Source: Pasteurella multocida (GTDB taxonomy: Bacteria; Pseudomonadota; Gammaproteobacteria; Enterobacterales; Pasteurellaceae). Taken from it: a stretch of 32,000 nt of DNA. The number at the start of each line of letters is the position of its first letter. Position 1 is the stretch's first letter. The notes beneath the pieces are model-generated. The model saw only the letters and a list, made by a program, of their open reading frames with translations. It did no database searches and had not been told where the DNA came from. The position numbers and the translations under genes were made by a program. The DNA is taken from contig NZ_LT906458.1 in assembly GCF_900187275.1 (NCBI RefSeq), forward strand, positions 1,740,001 through 1,772,000. The letters are read 5' to 3'. Below, piece by piece: positions 1 through 8,622 of this stretch.

Positions 1-849
1 TGCATTCGCGGTGATTGCACGACCCGGCTCAAGAATAATCTCAAGTTCATGATAGGCTTTTAATTTATCTAACAATGCACTGGCATATTCACTCGGATGC
101 GGTGGGTTTTCATTAGTATAAGGTACGCCCAAACCACCACCTAAATCTAAATGTTTAAGCTGAATACCATCTTGTTTCAACTGTTCCATTAACACAATTA
201 GACGATCTGTGGCATCTAAGAAAGGTTGTAATTCAGTCAATTGTGACCCAATATGGCAATCCATACCTGTGATTTGAATATGAGGTAATTGATTTGCTAA
301 TTGATAAACGTTACGGGCTTCCGCCACACTAATACCAAATTTATTTTCTTTTAAACCGGTTGAAATATAAGGATGCGTGCGCGCATCCACATCAGGATTA
401 ACGCGCAATGAAATAGGCGCAGTTTTCCCCATTTCACCCGCCACCTGATTAATTCGATACAACTCAGCAACCGATTCCACATTAAAACAGCGTATGCCCA
501 CCTCTAATGCACGAGCAATTTCTGTTTCTGTTTTCGCCACACCAGAAAACACTATTTTACTCGGCTCGCCACCCGCCGCTAGGACACGTTCCAATTCACC
601 TTGGGACACAATATCAAAACCTGAACCTAACCGCGCCATAATATTCAAAATCGCGATGTTAGGATTGGATTTCACCGCAAAGCAAATCAAATGCGGATGA
701 TCGCCAAGTGCGTTATTAAAGGCATGCCAATGACGTTCTAACGTGGCACGAGAATAAATATACAAAGGGGTACCATATTGCTGTGCAATGTGTTTTACCG
801 GCACTTGTTCTGCCATCAGTTGTGCTTGTTGATATTGAAAATAATCCAT
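1..849 (-). CDS. lysA: Diaminopimelate decarboxylase, N-terminal part (gene runs off the left edge)
   Basis: Reverse-strand translation from cat at 847-849: MDYFQYQQAQLMAEQVPVKHIAQQYGTPLYIYSRATLERHW...FAVKSNPNIAILNIMARLGSGFDIVSQGELERVLAAG...HIGSQLTEL...LDLGGGLGVPY, typical PLP fold III decarboxylase motifs. Confidence 0.93.
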   Translation of the reverse strand, partial: MDYFQYQQAQLMAEQVPVKHIAQQYGTPLYIYSRATLERHWHAFNNALGDHPHLICFAVKSNPNIAILNIMARLGSGFDIVSQGELERVLAAGGEPSKIVFSGVAKTETEIARALEVGIRCFNVESVAELYRINQVAGEMGKTAPISLRVNPDVDARTHPYISTGLKENKFGISVAEARNVYQLANQLPHIQITGMDCHIGSQLTELQPFLDATDRLIVLMEQLKQDGIQLKHLDLGGGLGVPYTNENPPHPSEYASALLDKLKAYHELEIILEPGRAITANA

Positions 850-862
850 TTCTTACCTGCTA

Positions 863-979
863 TTATTGTGTTTTTTGTACTGTCTCATTTTCAGGGAAAT
901 ACAAAGGACCTTTCACACCACAAGCCACACTTAAGGCACAAACCATCCCTAATAAGAAAATTGAAACCCATTTTTTCAT
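863..979 (-). CDS. lptM: Small lipoprotein, LptM/YifL-like (38 aa), upstream of lysA; absent from the ORF track
   Basis: Reverse-strand translation MKKWVSIFLLGMVCALSVACGVKGPLYFPENETVQKTQ: signal peptide plus lipobox (LSVAC) plus GVKGPLYFP motif; located directly upstream of lysA as in other gammaproteobacteria. Confidence 0.85.
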   Translation of the reverse strand: MKKWVSIFLLGMVCALSVACGVKGPLYFPENETVQKTQ

Positions 980-1100
980 ACCATCATCCTTACTCATTCA
1001 ATTCGATAACACTTTTTACCATTAAATCCGCCTTTGTGCTATCACAATAATGCGAAAATCTTTATAATCCTTATTTTAGGATGACGATAAAGAGGCCTTT

Positions 1101-1409
1101 ATGAACGTAACAGAATTTCATCAAAATATTGAACAGGTATGGGCAAAAATCGAAGAACAATTAGAAGCACAAGACTGTGATGTGGATTGTGATACACAAG
1201 GTTCGGTATTCAGCATTACCTTTCAAGATCGTAGCCAAGTGGTGATCAACAAACAAGAACCTTTATTAGAATTATGGTTAGCAAGCCGTGTGGGTGGTTT
1301 CCATTTTCGTTATCAAAATAACAATTGGACAAGCAATGATGGAAAAGACTTTTGGGCGTGTTTAGAAGAAGCTTGTGCCGCTCATGGTGAAATCGTTCAC
1401 TTTAGTTAA
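1101..1409 (+). CDS. cyaY: Iron-sulfur cluster assembly protein CyaY (bacterial frataxin)
   Basis: 102 aa, MNVTEFHQNIEQVWAKIEEQLEAQDCDVDCDTQGSVFSITF...WLASRVGGFHFRY; divergent from lysA as commonly seen. Confidence 0.93.
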   Translation: MNVTEFHQNIEQVWAKIEEQLEAQDCDVDCDTQGSVFSITFQDRSQVVINKQEPLLELWLASRVGGFHFRYQNNNWTSNDGKDFWACLEEACAAHGEIVHFS

Positions 1410-1422
1410 GGAAGTAATCAGA

Positions 1423-2295
1423 ATGTACAAAGCAAAAGGAATTAACCTGTACAAAAAATGCCTTATCTTAGCAGTGTTAGGCGTCTTTGTTAGCCATGGT
1501 ACACAGGCAAATGAAAGTGACGCGCGTCCCTATAAAAGTAAAGCAGAAGTCTTATTAACTAAATCTGATGCCTTCATCGGCTTACTTGGCTACGAAGAAA
1601 ACTATCTGTTGGGGACCTATTCAAACAGGCATTTTCTTAAACGCGAAAAAACGCAAAAAGATGAGATTAAGTTCAAAATTAGCTTAGCACTTCCCCTTTG
1701 GCGGGGTATTTTGGGCAATAACTCCGTATTAGCCGCCTCTTATACACAAAAGTCCTGGTTTCAGCTAAGTAATGTTGATGATTCTTCTCCTTTCCGCGAA
1801 ACCAATTACGAACCTCAGCTATTTTTGGCTTGGAAAACGCAATATTCCTTACCTTTTGGCTGGACATTACAGGATGTGGAAACCGGGATAAATCATCAAT
1901 CCAATGGGCGCGATGATGCGGAAAAACTCTCTCGCAGTTGGAATCGCCTCTATGTGCGTGCCTCTGCCATAAAACAGAATTGGACAGTTGAAATCAAACC
2001 TTGGTGGCGTATTCCTGAGAAAGCCAAAAATGATGATAACCCAGACATCACTAAATACCGCGGTCATTTTGATATAGCGTTGGGGTACTACTATCGCGAT
2101 CATCAATTTAAACTTTCAGGTCACTATAATCCGATCTCAAACAAAGGGGGATTAGAGGCAAGTTATAGTTACCCAATCACAAAAAACATTCGTTTCTACA
2201 CTCAATACTATAATGGCTATGGTGAATCCTTAATTGATTATCAACAACGTATCCAACGTATTGGTATCGGCATTTCCTTGAACAATGTTTTCTAG
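1423..2295 (+). CDS. pldA: Outer membrane phospholipase A (OMPLA)
   Basis: Signal peptide then ...YEENYLLGTYSNRHFLKREKTQKDEIKFKISLALPLWRGILGNNSVLAASYTQKSWFQLSN...ETNYEPQLFLAW...NHQSNGRDDAEKLSRSWNRLYVRA, OMPLA catalytic NHQSNG motif. ATG at 1423 preferred over the upstream start at 1375. Confidence 0.93.
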   Translation: MYKAKGINLYKKCLILAVLGVFVSHGTQANESDARPYKSKAEVLLTKSDAFIGLLGYEENYLLGTYSNRHFLKREKTQKDEIKFKISLALPLWRGILGNNSVLAASYTQKSWFQLSNVDDSSPFRETNYEPQLFLAWKTQYSLPFGWTLQDVETGINHQSNGRDDAEKLSRSWNRLYVRASAIKQNWTVEIKPWWRIPEKAKNDDNPDITKYRGHFDIALGYYYRDHQFKLSGHYNPISNKGGLEASYSYPITKNIRFYTQYYNGYGESLIDYQQRIQRIGIGISLNNVF

Positions 2296-4183
2296 TTCTC
2301 TCCTCTCAAAAGACAATAAAAGTGCGGTGGATTTTCACGAAATTCCGTTAAAACAGACCGCACTTGACATGTTGCATGCTGTTTTCGGTTACCAAAGTTT
2401 CCGTAAAGGGCAAGAGGAAGTCATTGATGCGACGTTAATGGGCAAAGATAGCCTAGTGATTATGGCGACGGGGAATGGCAAATCCTTATGCTACCAAATT
2501 CCAGCCCTCTGTTTTGAGGGGCTTACCTTGGTCATATCACCACTGATCTCGTTAATGAAAGATCAAGTGGACCAGCTGCTTGCGAATGGAATTGAAGCCG
2601 ATTATCTCAACTCTAGCCAAACCTTTACTGAGCAACAACAAGTACAAAATAAACTGATGTCTGGCACCTTAAAATTACTTTATGTGTCGCCAGAAAAAGT
2701 GATGACCACCAGCTTTTTCCATTTGATCTCACACTGCAAAGTGAGTTTTGTGGCCATTGATGAGGCTCATTGTATTTCACAATGGGGGCATGATTTCCGT
2801 CCAGAATATACCCAACTTGGTGGCTTAAAAAGCTGTTTTCCACACGCCCCCATAATGGCGCTCACGGCGACTGCCGATCATGCCACACGGCAAGATATTT
2901 TACGCCACTTAAACTTACAATCCCCGCATGTGTATATTGGCAGTTTTGATCGCCCGAATATCCGCTATACTTTAGTGGAAAAATTTAAACCCATGGAGCA
3001 ACTTTGTCGTTTTGTTTTGGGGCAAAAAGGCAAAAGTGGCATTATCTACTGTAATAGCCGTAGCAAAGTAGAACGTATTGCAGAAAGTTTGCGTAATAAA
3101 GGGGTGTCCGCACAAGCCTACCATGCAGGGCTAGAAACTGCACAACGTGAGCAAGTTCAACGCGCCTTTCAACGCGATAATGTCCAAGTTGTAGTTGCGA
3201 CTATCGCATTTGGTATGGGGATTAATAAATCCAATGTGCGCTTTGTTGTGCATTTTGATTTGCCACGCAGTATTGAGTCTTACTATCAAGAAACAGGACG
3301 AGCGGGACGTGATGATTTGCCTGCGGAAGCGGTTTTATTTTATGAACCTGCAGATTACGCTTGGCTACATAAAATCCTATTAGAGAAACCCGAATCACCG
3401 CAGCGCCAAATCGAAGCATTGAAATTACAAGCGATTGGCGAATTTGCCGAAAGTCAAACCTGCCGACGTTTAGTCTTACTCAATTATTTTGGTGAACACC
3501 AACAAAAACCTTGTCAGAACTGTGATATTTGCCTTGATCCACCTAAACAATATGATGGCTTAATTGATGCACAAAAAGTCATGTCAACCATTTACCGCAT
3601 TGGTCAGCGTTTTGGTGTGCACTATGTGATTGCCGTCCTACGGGGTTTAAGTAATCAAAAAATCAAAGACAATCAACACGAGCAATTAAGCGTTTATGGC
3701 ATTGGTAAAGACAAAAGCAAAGAACATTGGCAATCTGTTATCCGTCAACTCATTCATTTAGGTTTTATCAAACAAGTGTTTGATCATTTTAATGCCACGT
3801 TGCAATTAACCGAAAATGCCAAACCGATTTTACGCGGTGAGCAACCTTTATCCCTTGCGATGCCACGTATTTCATCACTTACCTCCGTGGTAGCGCCTCA
3901 ACGCTACGCCATGGCACAATATGACAAAGACTTATTTGCTCGACTCCGCTTCTTACGTAAACAAATCGCAGACAAGGAAAATATCCCTGCTTATATTGTA
4001 TTTAATGATGCGACCTTACAAGAAATGGCACAATATCAACCCACCACCAAAGCGGAAATGTTAGCAATCAATGGGGTAGGGGCGACTAAGTTTGAACGCT
4101 TTGCGCAACCCTTTATGCAGATTATTCAACAACATAAAAAAGTCCTCACACAACATGAGCCGCCACTCTCTTTAGAGTCATGA
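2285..4183 (+). CDS. recQ: ATP-dependent DNA helicase RecQ
   Basis: FGYQSFRKGQEEVIDATLMGKDSLVIMATGNGKSLCYQIPAL, DEAH box (AIDEAHCISQWGHDFRPEY), RQC and HRDC domains (LRKQIADKENIPAYIVFNDATLQEMA...LAINGVG). Confidence 0.95.
   Translation: MFSSSLLSKDNKSAVDFHEIPLKQTALDMLHAVFGYQSFRKGQEEVIDATLMGKDSLVIMATGNGKSLCYQIPALCFEGLTLVISPLISLMKDQVDQLLANGIEADYLNSSQTFTEQQQVQNKLMSGTLKLLYVSPEKVMTTSFFHLISHCKVSFVAIDEAHCISQWGHDFRPEYTQLGGLKSCFPHAPIMALTATADHATRQDILRHLNLQSPHVYIGSFDRPNIRYTLVEKFKPMEQLCRFVLGQKGKSGIIYCNSRSKVERIAESLRNKGVSAQAYHAGLETAQREQVQRAFQRDNVQVVVATIAFGMGINKSNVRFVVHFDLPRSIESYYQETGRAGRDDLPAEAVLFYEPADYAWLHKILLEKPESPQRQIEALKLQAIGEFAESQTCRRLVLLNYFGEHQQKPCQNCDICLDPPKQYDGLIDAQKVMSTIYRIGQRFGVHYVIAVLRGLSNQKIKDNQHEQLSVYGIGKDKSKEHWQSVIRQLIHLGFIKQVFDHFNATLQLTENAKPILRGEQPLSLAMPRISSLTSVVAPQRYAMAQYDKDLFARLRFLRKQIADKENIPAYIVFNDATLQEMAQYQPTTKAEMLAINGVGATKFERFAQPFMQIIQQHKKVLTQHEPPLSLES
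2320..2365. repeat. Inverted pair of DNA uptake signal cores (AAGTGCGGT at 2320-2328, ACCGCACTT at 2357-2365)
   Basis: Exact 9-mer and its reverse complement separated by 28 nt, inside the 5' end of the recQ ORF. Confidence 0.85.
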
Positions 4184-4223
4184 TATGTTTGCATTGAGGT
4201 AAGCATTTCCCAAGTTAAATATG

Positions 4224-4262
4224 AAAAAGCACAGTAGCTGGACTGGCATACTGTGCTTTTTT
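4224..4262. terminator. Bidirectional rho-independent terminator between recQ and the TonB-dependent receptor gene
   Basis: AAAAAGCACAGTA...TACTGTGCTTTTTT: perfect 13-nt arms (4224-4236 / 4249-4261) with T/A tracts on both sides. Confidence 0.85.
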
Positions 4263-4281
4263 AGCAAACCAACCTGCTGAT

Positions 4282-6699
4282 TTAGAAATGGATGTTTAAT
4301 CCTAAAGTCACATTACGCCCCATCTGCGGTACAAAGGGTAAAAAAGAAGTATGAGAATAAACTTTACGGTTTAACACATTATTTGCTTGAACAAATAATT
4401 GATAATTTACCCCAGCTATTTGGCGTGAATAATCCACTCCGATATTTAATAAACTATATGCAGCCGTTTGATTTTCTAACGGCGCTACTTTCTTTTGTTG
4501 ATAAACGTAAGTGTATTCGAGTGAACTTGTTAAACTCTCAGTCATCTCCATATTCACACGAAAGCCTAAACGCATTGGCGGGACACGTGGTGCGTCTTGA
4601 TCAGGTTGAGGAACGGGTTCTAAGCTATTCACCACATGATCGACACGGTACGTTGGCGGTAAATCATACAGTTTTCCACGCACATAATCACCAAAAAGTC
4701 CCATGTGCAGTTCAGGTGTCAACGCATAGTCAATACGCCCTTCCACACCATAATATTTCGCTTTGGATTGATTATAACGATTCAAAGATAAATTACCGGA
4801 TTTGTTCAATGTTTGATTAAAAATCCGATTTTTAAAATCATTGTAATATACATTCACTTTATAACTTAGCTTGTCACCAAGATACGCAAGACCGACTTCC
4901 CAGTTATCAGAAACTTCTTTTTTCAGATTACGATTGCCATGTTCAAATGACACCGTCGCTAAATGTTTGCCGTGGTAATACAATTCCATCGGTGTTGGGT
5001 GACGTTCGTTATGTGAGTAAGTCAAAGAAAGGGTGTAGTCAGGCGTCATATTCCAACTGATAGCACCAGAATAAGAGGTCGCGCGATCATGATAAGAGGC
5101 AAAATCAGGTGCTGGATAACTGCCTTGACGACATCCTGATGGGCTATAAAAGAACGAATTCGGATCACAGCCTTCTAGCTTTCGCTTTACTTTAAACAGC
5201 CAAGCGCGATCATATTCAATATCAATGCGTTGTTTTTCCGTACGTACACCAATTTCAAATAAAAAATCTTGCCAACGCAATTGTTCTATAGCAAAAAAAC
5301 TCATTTGTGATTGAGTATTTTCAATCAATGCCCATGACTTACGATCACCCTTAGTGATTTTGGACGGATCGCGTTGCTTTTTCTTATGACAAGGATCGCT
5401 TGCATTATTTGAGCATGGTGCAATACGCGGAATATTCGCACTGCTGGTTTGTGTTTGATACTGCGCCCCTATAACGCCACTCAACCCCGCTATGGGCGTA
5501 TGGAAAATTTCTACGCGCAGGTTATATCCGTTATTTTTAAATAAATTCACGGCGATATTGCCATCTTTTTCATCGTGTTTATAACGGGTTTCCGAATAAC
5601 TGAGTTTGATTTTCTCAATCGCTTTCATCGGCTGTTTGACTTCAGCACGTATGTCATAACGTTTAGCATAAGAATCAATCAATGGACCGGCAATAGAATG
5701 GTCATGATCGTGACCGTACGGATGATCATGACTGTGTTTTCCATCCATGTCATGATTTGATCCACAATGGAAATGCGTATTTACTAGATCCGTATCATGC
5801 ATTAAATGAGGATAAAGCCCTAAATAATAGTCATTACGTACATTGCCACCCCAAATATGCGCAGCACAACTATCTAGCTTATGGTTATGTCCCGGTAACC
5901 CATATTTCTCACGACGAAGATTGTAGGCAAAACCGACATAACCTCGCTCACCGATAAAAGCCACACCATAGTTACCTGACTTCGTTTTATTTTGAGTATC
6001 GGGGACATAATTTAATGTTTTGTCTAGCTTAAATGCTGGCACATGGTAATTATTTGAGCCACGTAACAGTTCTTCTACCCGTAAAGCAATGTGCTTACCT
6101 AACCCGAAAGTCAGTGCAGCCGTTACCAATTTTTCATGACTATTCGTGTTATAACGCGTGTTGAAATCCACTTCATAGCCCTTTTGAGGAAGCTGTGTTG
6201 GAATGCGTTTATCTACTACATTAATCACACCAGCAGGTGACGCATTGGCATATAACAATGTTGAGGCACCACGTACAATTTCGACTTGCTCTGCCAATAA
6301 CGTATCGACACCAATCGCATGGTCAGGAGAAAGTTGAGACATATCAATGACATCAGAACCATTTTGTAAGATTTTTAAACGCACGCCTTCCTGTCCTCGA
6401 ACGACAGGTGCACTGGATCCACCACCAAATTGATTACTATGTACACTGAGTTCACCCGCTAACGCATTACCTAATGTACTGGATCCTGTTTTTAATTTTT
6501 GCTTACTGACTAAAATGTCATTTTGTTTTGGTAAGCCGGAAAGGGGATCGCTACGAAAAGCAGCACCTTTCGACTCCACACTAATTTCATCTAAAAAAAC
6601 AATTTGCTTCTTTTCTGTATTTGCCCAAACTACTTGCGGAATGCAACACATCATCAAAACAGCAAAAAATTTATTTACTTTACAACCTCTTGAAATCAT
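4282..6699 (-). CDS. znuD: TonB-dependent outer membrane receptor with His-rich extracellular region, ZnuD-like (probable zinc receptor)
   Basis: Plug domain (TGSSTLGNALAGELSVHSNQFGGGSSAPVVRGQEGVRLKILQNGSDVIDMSQLSPDHAIGVDTLLAEQVEIVRGASTLLYANASPAGVINVVDKRIP), C-terminal beta-barrel ending in F, and His-rich stretch THFHCGSNHDMDGKHSHDHPYGHDHDHS. Confidence 0.78.
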   Translation of the reverse strand: MISRGCKVNKFFAVLMMCCIPQVVWANTEKKQIVFLDEISVESKGAAFRSDPLSGLPKQNDILVSKQKLKTGSSTLGNALAGELSVHSNQFGGGSSAPVVRGQEGVRLKILQNGSDVIDMSQLSPDHAIGVDTLLAEQVEIVRGASTLLYANASPAGVINVVDKRIPTQLPQKGYEVDFNTRYNTNSHEKLVTAALTFGLGKHIALRVEELLRGSNNYHVPAFKLDKTLNYVPDTQNKTKSGNYGVAFIGERGYVGFAYNLRREKYGLPGHNHKLDSCAAHIWGGNVRNDYYLGLYPHLMHDTDLVNTHFHCGSNHDMDGKHSHDHPYGHDHDHSIAGPLIDSYAKRYDIRAEVKQPMKAIEKIKLSYSETRYKHDEKDGNIAVNLFKNNGYNLRVEIFHTPIAGLSGVIGAQYQTQTSSANIPRIAPCSNNASDPCHKKKQRDPSKITKGDRKSWALIENTQSQMSFFAIEQLRWQDFLFEIGVRTEKQRIDIEYDRAWLFKVKRKLEGCDPNSFFYSPSGCRQGSYPAPDFASYHDRATSYSGAISWNMTPDYTLSLTYSHNERHPTPMELYYHGKHLATVSFEHGNRNLKKEVSDNWEVGLAYLGDKLSYKVNVYYNDFKNRIFNQTLNKSGNLSLNRYNQSKAKYYGVEGRIDYALTPELHMGLFGDYVRGKLYDLPPTYRVDHVVNSLEPVPQPDQDAPRVPPMRLGFRVNMEMTESLTSSLEYTYVYQQKKVAPLENQTAAYSLLNIGVDYSRQIAGVNYQLFVQANNVLNRKVYSHTSFLPFVPQMGRNVTLGLNIHF

Positions 6700-6759
6700 T
6701 TAAATAGAACTCCTTTCTCGATTTCAGGATAAAACAAAGGAAATCACTTTACTTAAAGC

Positions 6760-6796
6760 GATGAATCTTATTTTTCAATAAAAAATAAGATTCATC
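6760..6796. promoter_or_regulatory. Perfect 16-bp inverted repeat, 5-nt loop, upstream of the ZnuD-like gene
   Basis: GATGAATCTTATTTTT (6760-6775) caata AAAAATAAGATTCATC (6781-6796). Confidence 0.6.
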
Positions 6797-6869
6797 ATAT
6801 TACAAGCCTAAAACAAGAAAGGAAAGGGAAGATAATCAGATTGCTTTTTTATTCGCTAAAAAGCACAAA

Positions 6870-6894
6870 AAAGGCACAATACTGTGCCCTATTG
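6870..6894 (-). terminator. Terminator of the shikimate dehydrogenase-like gene
   Basis: Reverse strand reads GGCACAGTATTGTGCC followed by TTTTTT. Confidence 0.75.
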
Positions 6895-6910
6895 AATCAG
6901 AATGTAAAAA

Positions 6911-7723
6911 TTAACGGATTGAACGCGCAAACTCAGCGGCTTCGGCAATCAAAGTTTCACTTGGTCGTTGATGCGTGTAGAGTTCGAATTGTTCGACCGC
7001 TTGCAAGACAATCACTTCCGCACCTGAAATGGTCTGCTTATTTTGCTGTTTCGCATATTGAATTAATGGTGTTTCTGCGGGCAAAGCAACAACATCAAAT
7101 ATGCTGCTGGCTTGCTCAATCAGACTTTCAGGGAAAGCGAGCGTATTTTCCTCTCCACCAGACATCCCAATCGGGGTTGCATTCACTAAAATCGATGCTT
7201 CATTGCCTTCTAAATGATTGATATATTGATATCCATATAAATTCGCTAAATACTGTCCTGTGGTTGCATTACGTGCATACACACTCAAATTGTGAAAGCC
7301 CGCATTTTTAAATGCTGCAACAACGGCTTTCGCCATACCACCACTCCCCTGCACAATCACCCTGTGATGTTTATCAAGTTGATACTGTTGAATCAATTTG
7401 CTGATCGCAATGTAATCGGTGTTATAGGCTTTTAAATAGCCATCTTCATTCACTATCGTATTCACCGACTCAATGGCTTTGGCTGATGCCGATATTTCAT
7501 CGAGAAACGGCATACAACTTTCTTTAAAGGGCATGGATACCGCACAACCCCGAATCCCGAGCGCACGCACACCTTTTACGGCATGTTCAATATCGGAGGT
7601 GGTAAATGCCTTATAAATATAGTTTAGCCCTAGCTTTTGATATAAGTAATTATGGAACGCCGTGCCAAAATTACCCGGTTTACCCGCCAGTGAAATACAA
7701 AGCTGCGTTTCTTTATTAATCAT
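6911..7723 (-). CDS. Shikimate 5-dehydrogenase-like protein (AroE paralogue, SDH-L type)
   Basis: 270 aa: ISLAGKPGNFGTAFHNYLYQKLGLNYIYKAFTTSDIEHAVKGVRALGIRGCAVSMPFKESCMPFLDEIS...AIESVNTIVNEDGYLKAYNTDY...VIVQGSGGMAKAVVAAFKNAG. The N-terminal substrate motif (SLAGKPGNFGTAFHN) differs from canonical AroE GNPIxHSxSPxxHN. Confidence 0.82.
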   Translation of the reverse strand: MINKETQLCISLAGKPGNFGTAFHNYLYQKLGLNYIYKAFTTSDIEHAVKGVRALGIRGCAVSMPFKESCMPFLDEISASAKAIESVNTIVNEDGYLKAYNTDYIAISKLIQQYQLDKHHRVIVQGSGGMAKAVVAAFKNAGFHNLSVYARNATTGQYLANLYGYQYINHLEGNEASILVNATPIGMSGGEENTLAFPESLIEQASSIFDVVALPAETPLIQYAKQQNKQTISGAEVIVLQAVEQFELYTHQRPSETLIAEAAEFARSIR

Positions 7724-7757
7724 AAAATATCCTTGTGCTCACGTGTCTTCAGTAAGA

Positions 7758-7786
7758 AAAAAGTGCGGAAAATGACCGCACTTTTT
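7758..7786. terminator. Bidirectional terminator built from an uptake-signal dyad between cysE and the aroE-like gene
   Basis: AAAAAGTGCGG (7758-7768) aaaatga CCGCACTTTTT (7776-7786). Confidence 0.82.
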
Positions 7787-7800
7787 AACTCACTGCTAAA

Positions 7801-8595
7801 TTACACCTTAGAGGCATGATCGTCATTAAAATATTGGTTCATATCAAAAGCGGGTTTCGCCGCTTGATCGCGAGCAATCACACGTGCCGGTACCCCCGCT
7901 GCGGTGGTATATTCAGGGACAGGTTGTAAAACAACCGAGTTTGCCCCAATTTTGGCATAACGTCCCACTTCAATGTTACCCAAGATTTTTGCCCCAGCAC
8001 CAATCATCACACCTTCGCGTACTTTAGGATGACGATCGCCACACTCTTTACCCGTACCACCCAAGGTGACGCCTTGTAAAATCGACACATCATTTTCAAT
8101 CACCGAGGTTTCTCCCACCACGATGCCTGTCGCATGGTCAAACATAATGCCACAACCAATTTTAGCCGCAGGATGGATATCCACATCAAAGGCGACCGAG
8201 ATTTGGTTTTGTAAATAAACAGCTAAGGCTTTCCGCTCTTGTTGCCATAAATAATGGGTAATCCGATAACTTTGCAAGGCATGAAAACCTTTTAAATATA
8301 ACAGTGGCGTAGAATATAATTCCACCGCGGGATCGCGTTGACGCACCGCACGGATATCACAGGCAGCACTGGCAATGATGTCAGGATCCGCCTGATAAGC
8401 TTCCTCAATAATTTCTCGCAAAGCAATGGCGGGCATAATCGTATTTGCCAATTTGTTGGCTAAAATATAGCTTAATGCATTACCAAGATTATGATGTTTC
8501 AAAATCGTTGCGTGAAAAAAGCTGGCCAAAATTGGCTCATTTTCTGCTAAGGTTTTTGCTTCCTGACGGATGTCCGTCCAAACCGCTAATGGCAT
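7801..8595 (-). CDS. cysE: Serine O-acetyltransferase
   Basis: ILANKLANTIMPAIALREIIEEAY...DPAVELYSTPLLYLKGFHALQSYRITHYLW...FDVDIHPAAKIGCGIMFDHATGIVVGETSVIENDVSILQGVTLGGTGKECGDRHPKVREGVMIGAGAKILGNIEVG, hexapeptide-repeat acyltransferase. Confidence 0.95.
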   Translation of the reverse strand: MPLAVWTDIRQEAKTLAENEPILASFFHATILKHHNLGNALSYILANKLANTIMPAIALREIIEEAYQADPDIIASAACDIRAVRQRDPAVELYSTPLLYLKGFHALQSYRITHYLWQQERKALAVYLQNQISVAFDVDIHPAAKIGCGIMFDHATGIVVGETSVIENDVSILQGVTLGGTGKECGDRHPKVREGVMIGAGAKILGNIEVGRYAKIGANSVVLQPVPEYTTAAGVPARVIARDQAAKPAFDMNQYFNDDHASKV

Positions 8596-8622
8596 GTTAC
8601 TTACCTCGTTCTGCTTTCCTTA

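Noticed and set aside
494-1050. Plus-strand ORFs 494-700, 778-1050 and 783-1025
   Set aside because: They overlap lysA and the small lipoprotein gene on the opposite strand, both of which have much stronger family support.
5575-5957. Short plus-strand ORFs (5575-5760, 5757-5957) opposite the TonB-dependent receptor gene
   Set aside because: They are antisense shadows of a well-supported long CDS, and their His/Met-rich content simply mirrors the His codons on the other strand.
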